Positions 1-9,300 of a stretch of 64,000 bases of DNA are shown here, piece after piece. The notes beneath the pieces were generated by a model. That model was given only the letters and a program-made list of their open reading frames with translations. It did not search any database and had not been told where the DNA came from. The DNA lies in IMG/VR virus record IMGVR_UViG_3300028821_000038, positions 64,001-128,000 of that record; one strand, given 5' to 3'. Every line of letters starts with the position of its first letter. The stretch's first letter is position 1. This DNA is from a virus. The translations under genes and the position numbers were made by a program.

Positions 1-632
1 TAACCCAGTTTTGCAGCTCTACTCATGAAGTCTCTAACATTGCAGTTTGTGGTAGATTTTAAATCAAACATAATCTCGTTTAGATTTACATCTACCTTTA
101 TTTTGATGATGATTCCCCTTTCCTTATCTACAGTAAATAGAGCTTGCTCTCTTGATGCTATTGGATTCTGGATGATTCCATCATAAGTATTGATGTTTTG
201 TCCAAATTTCTCCTTTTTTAGAGACTCCTCAATGCCATCAAGTATACCCTTTGCGCTTGAACGAAGTATTGTCTTCTCTCCATCTGGATCGTTCTCACTC
301 ACAAATATTTTCCAATGCCGGTCTCCTTTGCGAGTCGATTTTTCTGTCATAAACAGATACTCATCATAAAATTTATCTTTCTCCAAGATATATTTATGAA
401 TGGCACTGCCAAGAATCAATGCTTCGCTCTTATTCTTTGCTCCATTCATTTTTTCTTCAATATACTTGCTTGGGGTTGCAAGTCTGATTGTTTTCAGGCC
501 GCTGGCGCTAATTCCTGGCGCTTCGTTGTGGTAGAAGTCGTCAGATACATCACACCACTGGTTCATTACAATACCATTGTCTTCCAGGAATTTTATATCC
601 TCATGTAGTTTTTCTTTTGTATATTTTGCCAT
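1..632 (-). CDS. RecE/exonuclease VIII-like PD-(D/E)xK nuclease (DUF3799-like), runs off the window's left end
   Basis: Not in ORF track; manual translation from ATG 632 (RBS AAGGAG): MAKYTKEK...FYHNEAPGISASGLK...ALILGSAIHKYILE...REQALF...IKVD...FDLKST, the YH/ISxSxL/GxxxHxxxLE/D-LK pattern. Confidence 0.8.
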   Translation of the reverse strand, partial: MAKYTKEKLHEDIKFLEDNGIVMNQWCDVSDDFYHNEAPGISASGLKTIRLATPSKYIEEKMNGAKNKSEALILGSAIHKYILEKDKFYDEYLFMTEKSTRKGDRHWKIFVSENDPDGEKTILRSSAKGILDGIEESLKKEKFGQNINTYDGIIQNPIASREQALFTVDKERGIIIKIKVDVNLNEIMFDLKSTTNCNVRDFMSRAAKLG

Positions 633-641
633 TGTATCTCC

Positions 642-920
642 TTATTTGTCTATGTCTATCTTTGTCATGATATCTTCTAGGTGCTCAAAGCTTCTGATGC
701 GGCATAGCTTCTTGCCCCTATAATTGTAGAGCCAGATCTCTTTTTTTTCCACAACAATATATGGCGACTTTATTCCTTGTCCTATTGTTGCAGTGTTTGG
801 GGATTTCCAGCCACTGCTTGTGGCCTCCTCATCTATCCTGATGATGTCGTATGGCCCAACCTTTCGCTTTCTCCTAAGGAGCCTTTTCAGTAGCTCCCTA
901 TCTTCTTTTTTGGTTGGCAT
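642..920 (-). CDS. hypothetical basic protein
   Basis: 92-aa ORF tightly packed in the minus-strand operon. Confidence 0.65.
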   Translation of the reverse strand: MPTKKEDRELLKRLLRRKRKVGPYDIIRIDEEATSSGWKSPNTATIGQGIKSPYIVVEKKEIWLYNYRGKKLCRIRSFEHLEDIMTKIDIDK

Positions 921-1309
921 TATTCATCTTTTTTGGGAATGTTCAGTTCATGCTTGATGATGTCCATCACCTCAAGAACTCTATCCCTGATTGCATCCAA
1001 CACATGCTCATACCCATCTACCTTTTTTCTAAAGGGTGCTCCATAAACACGCTTGTGCTGTATCAGGGCATGTCTTTCGTATATATCCGCTATGCCGTTT
1101 GCAAGCGTGACTACGATAACCATATACTCAATACCGTTTACAGTTATCATCTTTTCAAAAGACATATCTTTTTTGATAGAGAACCCAGCTCCAACTAGAT
1201 CGCTAGCTACTTTCTCGTATGAGTCAGGTTGGCTCTTCTTGGACACATACTCCTGTAGTAACACCTCCAGATAATGGAGATCTTTTAATAATATTTCTTT
1301 CGTTGTCAT
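920..1309 (-). CDS. hypothetical protein
   Basis: 129-aa ORF, stop overlaps next start, GGAG RBS. Confidence 0.65.
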   Translation of the reverse strand: MTTKEILLKDLHYLEVLLQEYVSKKSQPDSYEKVASDLVGAGFSIKKDMSFEKMITVNGIEYMVIVVTLANGIADIYERHALIQHKRVYGAPFRKKVDGYEHVLDAIRDRVLEVMDIIKHELNIPKKDE

Positions 1310-1312
1310 TTG

Positions 1313-1825
1313 TTATTTCTCCATTATTTCATGTATAAAAGTGTGGTCAAATATTTTTAGATAATTTGACATATTTTCCTCGTGGGACACCACACTCACC
1401 TCTACTCCCATGCGCGCTGCAAATTTTAGTGCGCTTACCATATCCCCATCTCCACTCAATAGGACAATATGATCAGAATTGCCAACTTCTCTAATAATCT
1501 CTTCGACAATCATTGCATCCATATCGCCCTGTTCGTACTTATGGGTATATTTAACGCCATTGTACTCGCCCTCTACCTCTTTCTTTTTGGCTTCCCTTTT
1601 TTTAACAAGAATATTATTCCTCTCCAGGAAGCCTATGAAGGATTGGAGGTTAATGTTGTTATTAACCTTCAATAGGGCTACTTCTTTGACATACAGGGAT
1701 GGGTATTTTTCTTTAATAAAGTTCGATATCTTGATAATATCTACATTTTTTACCCTATACCCATCCCCTCCTTTGGGGACTTTTATATTTTCTACATCAT
1801 ATATGATGACCATCCTACATGCCAT
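1313..1825 (-). CDS. NYN-domain (LabA/DUF88, PIN-like) nuclease
   Basis: IIYDVENI, QGDMDAMI, VLLSGDGDM, GVEVSVVS motifs; GGAGG RBS. Confidence 0.85.
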   Translation of the reverse strand: MACRMVIIYDVENIKVPKGGDGYRVKNVDIIKISNFIKEKYPSLYVKEVALLKVNNNINLQSFIGFLERNNILVKKREAKKKEVEGEYNGVKYTHKYEQGDMDAMIVEEIIREVGNSDHIVLLSGDGDMVSALKFAARMGVEVSVVSHEENMSNYLKIFDHTFIHEIMEK

Positions 1826-1863
1826 TGCACCTCCTATGTGTTTTTATAGAGAGACATAATCTC

Positions 1864-1878
1864 CCATATATATATACC
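1864..1878 (-). promoter_or_regulatory. GGTATATATATATGG motif copy 1 (candidate phage promoter)
   Basis: Exact 15-mer upstream of the NYN/RecE operon; identical copies at 15259, 21082, 27858. Confidence 0.65.
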
Positions 1879-1938
1879 ATTTTAAGCTGTAGAATTGCTG
1901 TTTTATGCGATAATTCAATAAAAACGGACGGAGTACAC

Positions 1939-4611
1939 ATGGATACTTATCGAACCTTATGGAGGTTTTTTAGAGAGAATAGGGAGTATTTCTCCAAGAT
2001 GGGAGATGCATACAAGGTACGAATAGACTTTGAAAATGAGCTATTTTTCATAAAAAACAGGTGGTTTGCCGACCCGTTTTACCTACTTTTGAAGCTTTTT
2101 CGTGATAAATTTGCCGAATTGGGGCCTAGCGCAGACGGGGAATTTAATAGAATCAACAAAATCCTTCATTCTGCGGGCATCAAGATTCCTATTTCCAAGA
2201 AAGACTATGATTTTCTTATAGATTATGATGTGAAAAACCAAACTATTCTGGATATATTAGAAGGACAGCTGGGTGCTAAAAATGGAGCATTTGTGGTTCC
2301 GTCAAAAGAGTATGCGAACAATATGTTCAGGAACGCATCTGTTGATTTAGAGAGAATGACTGGTGGTCTTTTTGTATATGAAGGTCGAGAGGCGAGAGCA
2401 TATGTGGACATATATGACAGGCTGACTGGATTTGAGGTGATTCTGGACAATTCTACTATTTTTGTGCCTGTGAAAATATCAGAGATATCAAGATCTGCCT
2501 TCAATGAGCACAATCTCAGGAACATAAAACCCAACTCGGTTGTGAAAATCTTAGAGATAACTGATACATCCCCCATAGAGGATGGAGTTGTATTTGCGCC
2601 ATCTGACTCATTCGGGTGCCTCCCCAATGTTGCTAAATATTTCTCTGCCTTCGAAATATACAGTAACGACGATTTCTTTATAATGAATATTGTCAAAGAG
2701 CTTTATGGTTATAACAGCGATTTTTCAATTCTAGTGAATGATGAGAGTGCTATAAAATATATCTCAAATATGGCGGTTGGTTTGTATACCAAAGAAAAAT
2801 CATCGGCTATTCCACAGCTTGTGGATATAGCCAGAATGGTTGCCAAAATGAATCACATAAACAGGGCAATGTTTATCGACTATATCACTACAGATATACC
2901 CGAAGATGTGATGGAGCTGCTAAAACCACACATAAATGGTGGAAATGACAATGTATATGAGCGACTATATGAGTTTGTGGTAAATGGAAATATAGAGTTT
3001 TGCGCCAGATTAGTGAGTATCACAGGCGATTCCAGTCAGATTAGGTTCTACAATAAGAGAATGATGTATTTCAAGGATTTTACACTCGACAGAGGAAGTG
3101 TATCTAACGAACTAATCCCAGAACTGGGAGGTATTAGGAAAATTGCCGAGCAGTGTGATATTTCCCAAAGTGACATTCCAAGCGGCTTCTCTTCTGTTGA
3201 GTCTTTTATAATTCACACTACACTCAGGATTGTGCAGGGAGAGTTTGGCAGATTGCCAGTATTTGACAGGTTTTATGGAGACGGGATACATAAAATAGGA
3301 GAGAAGATAATCTTTAACTCCAAGCATGATGTATATGGTCTTGGCGGCAGAAGGTCTTATGGCGGAGGGCTGTTTAAAAATGCTGATATAGACACTTCTA
3401 TCCCAAAAAACAAGCCGACAAAGGCGCATGCTGAGGGCTATATCTTAAAATTGAAAGAGTATATATCCGGTTTTATACCGTCTTCTGGGGACAGAGATTT
3501 GTTGTTTTCTATATTATTAGCATCATCTATTGCAATGCCTGTATTCAAAAAAGCCAACAAGCCCACCCTGTGTGTATATGGTGGTGGCAGATATGCGGAG
3601 GAGGGGTTCAAAAAGCGCGTATTTGTGGATGCTTTTAGGGCCAGCAAGGTTGTTTCAACAGATAATGAGCTTGTTATTAGGAATTTGGTTGACGGAGGAA
3701 CAGTGCCTATTGTTGTGCCGCTTAGGAGGGAAATAGAATCTTCTGTTATATCTCTAGCAAAAGAGAGGTATGGAACAGAAACAATAGTAAGAGCACGAGG
3801 TTTCCTGATGTTTTCAAAATACTCCAACACATCCCCATTTGTTATGATTTCCGATGAGCCTGTCATAATCGAGGAATCTATTGTGTTTAATTTCCCATTT
3901 AAGACAACTGTTGAGGCAGGGGTGTATCTTAAAAATGTCGATGACCTATCAGGAGGTATCATTGGAGGCATCATTAGAAATACTTCTCATATTTCAAAGC
4001 TTGAACAGAACTTCATTAAAAAAGCCCTGAGCAAACTGGAAAACAAAAAGCAAACCCACAAAAGTCCATATGTCGATTTTTTTGAGAAGGTTTTGGCAGG
4101 AATGTGTATAGCTGAGGCATTTGGGGTAATGTCTGGATGGGAGTTTCATGATGCCATGCATGATGTTTACTTCAATGATAAATATATCAGGCTGAATATC
4201 GATATAAAGAAGATAATTCTGGATTTGTATGACAATGGTGTAAAAGTTGAGGATAAATTATATGAGGAGTCTATGCGGGGAGATATCGATGGGCATATTA
4301 CATTGGTGGATAAGTTCATAAATATTATAAATCTCAAAAAAAATGTTCCGCCGGAAAACTTCTTGGTGATATTTAGCAGGAGGGAGATGTATAAGGCCAT
4401 TAAAGATGATCTCAACCTTTCCTTCCTTGAGTTTAACAAGATGTTAGATAATAGCAAGTCATCGATAAATTGGGATAATGCAATCAAAAACTATAGAAAA
4501 ATAGATGACCCATCCATCACCCCATTGGCGGAATTTAAGAAGAAGTGGGATAAAACAAAAGAGGATTTTGGCGCAATAAGGCTTCCTATGGGAAAATATG
4601 GAAATATTTAA
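1939..4611 (+). CDS. large protein with degenerate primase-associated helicase-like C-terminal region
   Basis: Start ATG 1939 after GGAG; PTLCVYGGG and ARG...SPFVMISDEP segments resemble P-loop helicase context but lack GKT/S. Confidence 0.45.
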   Translation: MDTYRTLWRFFRENREYFSKMGDAYKVRIDFENELFFIKNRWFADPFYLLLKLFRDKFAELGPSADGEFNRINKILHSAGIKIPISKKDYDFLIDYDVKNQTILDILEGQLGAKNGAFVVPSKEYANNMFRNASVDLERMTGGLFVYEGREARAYVDIYDRLTGFEVILDNSTIFVPVKISEISRSAFNEHNLRNIKPNSVVKILEITDTSPIEDGVVFAPSDSFGCLPNVAKYFSAFEIYSNDDFFIMNIVKELYGYNSDFSILVNDESAIKYISNMAVGLYTKEKSSAIPQLVDIARMVAKMNHINRAMFIDYITTDIPEDVMELLKPHINGGNDNVYERLYEFVVNGNIEFCARLVSITGDSSQIRFYNKRMMYFKDFTLDRGSVSNELIPELGGIRKIAEQCDISQSDIPSGFSSVESFIIHTTLRIVQGEFGRLPVFDRFYGDGIHKIGEKIIFNSKHDVYGLGGRRSYGGGLFKNADIDTSIPKNKPTKAHAEGYILKLKEYISGFIPSSGDRDLLFSILLASSIAMPVFKKANKPTLCVYGGGRYAEEGFKKRVFVDAFRASKVVSTDNELVIRNLVDGGTVPIVVPLRREIESSVISLAKERYGTETIVRARGFLMFSKYSNTSPFVMISDEPVIIEESIVFNFPFKTTVEAGVYLKNVDDLSGGIIGGIIRNTSHISKLEQNFIKKALSKLENKKQTHKSPYVDFFEKVLAGMCIAEAFGVMSGWEFHDAMHDVYFNDKYIRLNIDIKKIILDLYDNGVKVEDKLYEESMRGDIDGHITLVDKFINIINLKKNVPPENFLVIFSRREMYKAIKDDLNLSFLEFNKMLDNSKSSINWDNAIKNYRKIDDPSITPLAEFKKKWDKTKEDFGAIRLPMGKYGNI

Positions 4612-4659
4612 GGTTTCGTCTGGTAAGATGTCAGTTCAACCAAACAGAAAGGAGGTATC

Positions 4660-4968
4660 ATGCTAGATACCAACAAGTCTGATTTCAGCGATATGTCTCT
4701 TGGTGAGCTTATAGAGGAAATTCTAGACAGCTTCCATGAGGTTGAGCGGGAATGGGACATAACCAAACACAAGGTAAATAAATCTGCATGGCTTAGGATT
4801 AGAAAACATATGGCGGCCATATGTAAAGCTAATAAGGCCATGAAGAAGCAAATGCTGTTCTTGGAAAAGATACTTAAACAAAACAAAAAAAGAGAGGAAA
4901 AGGATGAAGCTTTCATTTTTGATGCCAGAATTGGCGATAGTGGCGGCAGTAGCGTCAAAAGTAAATAA
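4660..4968 (+). CDS. small basic helical protein, weakly Hc1/histone H1-like
   Basis: GGAGG RBS; NKSAWLRIRK resembles the NKxAGxRxRK motif. Confidence 0.4.
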   Translation: MLDTNKSDFSDMSLGELIEEILDSFHEVEREWDITKHKVNKSAWLRIRKHMAAICKANKAMKKQMLFLEKILKQNKKREEKDEAFIFDARIGDSGGSSVKSK

Positions 4969-5620
4969 CAGAGAGGAGTTTTCAAAGAAGATTGACGAAA
5001 CAATCAACCATCAAAACTTCCAGGAAATGGCTGACAGGATTGCATCAGACACTCTTTTTGGTAAATATAGGCTGGTTGTTTCTGATAAAACAGAGGAGGC
5101 TCACGAGTTTGCTACAACTCTGCTGATTTTGTCGGCTACCAGCTCTATACCGCTCATGGTTCCGGAGGTAGTGATTACAAGAGACGAAGTGGTTTTCACA
5201 GCTTCTATTGGTCATGCTTATGAGATAATCACCGAGGTTCCTGAAGACAAATATAGCTTTGATGGAAAAGGGCAGCTTGAGAGGGAAAAACTGAAAAGCA
5301 TGATGGATTCGTTTAGCTTTGATGAACCTCAAATTACTGCGATAGATGTTTCCAGCAACAATCCCGACATATTCCTTCTCACGGGAAGTTTTCTCCCTGA
5401 TACCTGGAGAATTTTTGAGAGACTGGGTATTTGCAGCACAGCGTCAAGGTTTGGATTTAGCGACCACGACACTTTGGTTCCCGGATTCTGTTATATATTT
5501 GATGGCGGCCTCAATATGTTGGCATCCATTGAAGATGAGGAGAGTGTCCTGACTCAAAAAATCATAGAAGATCTTGGCCGACTACCAAAGCGTCAGGAAT
5601 CTGATGATGCGTCGAGTTGA
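4904..5620 (+). CDS. hypothetical protein
   Basis: 238-aa ORF with AAGGA-like RBS. Confidence 0.65.
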   Translation: MKLSFLMPELAIVAAVASKVNNREEFSKKIDETINHQNFQEMADRIASDTLFGKYRLVVSDKTEEAHEFATTLLILSATSSIPLMVPEVVITRDEVVFTASIGHAYEIITEVPEDKYSFDGKGQLEREKLKSMMDSFSFDEPQITAIDVSSNNPDIFLLTGSFLPDTWRIFERLGICSTASRFGFSDHDTLVPGFCYIFDGGLNMLASIEDEESVLTQKIIEDLGRLPKRQESDDASS

Positions 5621-6035
5621 TACTTTTTTTGTTGTAAAGACAGACTTAGGCTACGATGGTCAAATTAGACAGGGAAAGGAGGTGGGCCTCCTTTACCCTG
5701 CCCCTCATGTGCTTGTAACCAAAATAGATTTCTCAGACCCAGAAAGTATATATATTCCCAAAAGAATGAGGCCTATCGCGGCAAGATGCGGGCTGATTAG
5801 AGATTCCAGGATTAACAATAATGGGGTTGGTATAGCTATTCATGCACCAAATGGTGATATCGCAGAGCATGCTTTACTTGTGGCGGCTGCAGAGATAAAA
5901 AACATCATAGAGGATCTTGGCATAGTAAATTATGCTGTCCAGACAGATGAAAATAATGAAGACAGGCGTATTGACACCATGCAGCTCGAAGCAAAAATAG
6001 CCTCAATAAAAAGTATATTTATAAAGCTTAAATAG
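5604..6035 (+). CDS. hypothetical protein
   Basis: Start moved to ATG 5604 after AGGA. Confidence 0.6.
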   Translation: MMRRVDTFFVVKTDLGYDGQIRQGKEVGLLYPAPHVLVTKIDFSDPESIYIPKRMRPIAARCGLIRDSRINNNGVGIAIHAPNGDIAEHALLVAAAEIKNIIEDLGIVNYAVQTDENNEDRRIDTMQLEAKIASIKSIFIKLK

Positions 6036-6070
6036 TTTCGCTAAAATATACAAAAATTACAAAAGGAATT

Positions 6071-6295
6071 ATGATGCTTGTACTGATAAAGGATTCTAGT
6101 GGGGTAGAGAGAGCAATAGACCTCGGAAAACAAGGCTGGACTGTCAATCAGCAAGGGGACGGTAGGTTTATGCGGATAGTGTTCGATGATGGTTTTTCCG
6201 CTTCCATACCAATGTCGCAGTATGATAAAATAAAAAAAGAATTAGTGGAAAAAGGGGAGCTTCTCGATCTTACTCAAGTGGCGACTCCTAGATAA
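6071..6295 (+). CDS. hypothetical protein
   Basis: AAAGGA RBS, 74 aa. Confidence 0.65.
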   Translation: MMLVLIKDSSGVERAIDLGKQGWTVNQQGDGRFMRIVFDDGFSASIPMSQYDKIKKELVEKGELLDLTQVATPR

Positions 6296-6300
6296 AGGAT

Positions 6301-6319
6301 GGCACCAGTAGATGGTGCC
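6301..6319. promoter_or_regulatory. hairpin immediately upstream of RNAP gene
   Basis: GGCACCA-gtaga-TGGTGCC perfect 7-bp stem, no U-tract. Confidence 0.4.
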
Positions 6320-6348
6320 GCCCCTAAAATTACCAACCAGGAAGTAAT

Positions 6349-9300
6349 ATGTCTTTCAAGAAATTAAGTAGGCCATATAAGGAAACAGATGAACATGTAA
6401 AGGCAAAGTTGCTAGAAACTCTTTCAAATATGTTTCCAATACAAGGAAATTTTTTCACACTAAAAGCAACAAATTTTGCCATAAAAAAATCCGACCCATC
6501 TATGACTGATATAAAAAATGCCCTCATCAAGGGTTCCTCTTTGATGTCATCAGTTGTCGCGGATGTATCTTTGATTAATAACAATACAAAGAAGGTGATC
6601 GATAAAAAGAGAATGACAATCATGAGGGTGCCTGATTTCACAAAGAAGGGCTCTTTTATTGTTGACGGTAACTCATATACGGTTCCGTATCAGCAAAGGC
6701 TTAAGCCTGGCGTCTATACTATGATAAAGAGAAATGGCCAAACAGAATCCATGTTTAACCTTGCAAAAGGACGAAATTTCTCTATAAAAATAGACGAAAG
6801 TGGTATTTTTAGGATAAAAATAGGAACATCTCATGTGTATTTATACTCTATATTGCATGACTTGGGCATTCCAGATAGCGAAATTGTAAACTACATTGGG
6901 AAAAACCTCCTGGAGGTGAACAAAAAACACTATCACTCTTCGGATTCTGCAAAGTTTATAAAGCAATTCACATATAATGCTTCTTCTCATGATATTGGAA
7001 GCATCCAGGACGCTCTCAAGCATACCTCTGTAGATAAAAGTGTGGTAAAAAATACTCTTGGGGTTGAGTCACCTCATGTGGACCCTATTATGATTCTTCG
7101 TGCAGCCCAAAAGCTAAAAAATGTTAAATTTGGGAAAGAAGAGGAGGATGACAGGGAGAATCTTGTCTATAAAAAGATAATGACCCCGGAAGACATCATA
7201 TCCGAGTCTTTCGACAAGCTTGCCAAAGATGCAGTAAATAAACTCAAATTCAAACTAAGCAACCCATCCACCGAGAACCTATCTGATGTTTTTAGGGGAG
7301 GAAGTGGCTTGCTCACTAAGCCAATAAAGACATTTTTGACTTCATCTAAAATATCCAGGCTTAGTGAGGAATATAATCCACTAATGATGCATTCAGTAAA
7401 GCATCTGCTTACCCCTATGGGAGAAGGAGGGGTTGGTGATACACGGGCATTGAACCTGGATACAAAAGCTGTTCACCAAAGTCACTTAGGCTTTATAGAC
7501 CCGATAGCATCTCCAGAAGGAGCTAGTGTCGGAATTACTCTTTCTGTGACAGATAATGCCTATGTTGATGAGCATGGAAACCCAGCTATTGGAGTCATCA
7601 ATGCAAAAACTGGCAAGCGTGAAATTAAGAAAGTGTCTGATTTGTGGGATAAAAAACTAGCCTACCCAATTTCACCAGAAAAGGCCAAAAAGGGCGGTAT
7701 TGTAGTAAGATACAAAGACAAGGATATTATTGCAAAAAGCAAGAAAGATGTTGATTATATAATACCAAAAGATACAGATATTCACTCCCCATCTCTCAAT
7801 ATGGTTCCACTTGTAAACTCTTCAGACGCAAACAGAACCAATATGGCGCAAAAACATTTACAGCAGGCTCTATCGCTAAAAGAAAGAGAGGCACCAATTG
7901 TATCTGTAAAGAGCGGTAGCGACGATATGGCTGCAAAGCTTGTAAAAGATATGGAACTTCTTCCTCGCGCCCCTATAGATGGCGTTGTCACCAAGATAGC
8001 CAACGAGTATATATATATCAAAAATGGAAAAAATCTTGTAAAAGTTGATTATGTTACAAACATGCCGCTTGCGAGAAAAACATATTTGACACACTATCTG
8101 AAAGTTAAAGTGGGGGATAGAGTAAGAAAGGGCCAGATTTTAGCAGAATCAAACTACTCTAAAGACGGAAAGCTTGCGCTTGGAAAAAACCTAAGAACAG
8201 CATGGCTCTCGATGCCAGGAAACAGAAACGATGGAATAATAATCTCTGAAACAGCAGCAAAGGAACTATCATCCCTTCATATGTACAAAGAGGTTGTGGA
8301 TATCCCTCATGATTCTGTATTGGACAGAGAGAGATTTAGGAAGCTGTTTCCAGATATCGCTGCAAAATGGGGTATAGAGAACTATGATGAGCATGGTGTT
8401 ATAAAGAAGGGGACTATTTTAAAGTTCAAGCAACCCCTTGTTCTGAAAATGGCTAGGACTGATGCAAAAGAGATAAAATCAAAACTCGGAAAGGTAGTTC
8501 ACAAGCCTTATAAGGCAGTATTAAATATATGGAAGCACGAAAAAGATGGCGAAGTTATAGATGTTGAGAATAATGGAGCAGAAATACGCATTTCTGTTAA
8601 AACAGAGAGTGAAATGAAAATAGGTGATAAGCTCTCTGGAAGGCAAGGTAATAAGGGTATAGTAACTAAAATACTACCAGATGACCAGATGCCTGTTAAT
8701 ACCAAAGGTGAGCCTGTTCATGTACTGATGACTTCAGCGGGAGTTATCAGTCGTACAAATAGTGGTTCCCTTATAGAGGCCGGTCTTGGTAAAGTTGGAG
8801 ACAAGGCAGGCAAGACATACACTATTGGTCACTATGAAAAAGATGACAACTTGAAGTTTTTGGAAAGCGAAGCCAAAAAGCACAAAGTGGACCTATATGA
8901 AACACTTATAAATCCTGAGACAGGAAAACCATTTCCGCAGAAGATATTTGTAGGGAAGCCCTACATACTAAAGCTATTTAAGGATTCAGAGTCTGGAATG
9001 AGTGCTGTTGGTGTGGGTGCTACCGACATTAATGAACAACCCCTCAAAGGCGGAAATACTTCAGCTGCATCCATATCTGGAATGGAGGTGAATGGTTTAC
9101 TTGCTCATGGTGCCAAAGACTTTTTAAGGGAAGCCAAGCATATCAAAGGGCAAAAAAACGATGACTTTTTCCATGCCTTTAGAACAGGAAGCCCATTGCC
9201 GCCGCCAAAGGAGCATTTTGCAACAGAAAAATTCAAAGCATATCTGAGGCAGATCAATATCAATCCTATTGCAGACAAGCATACAAAAGAGTTCTCTTTG

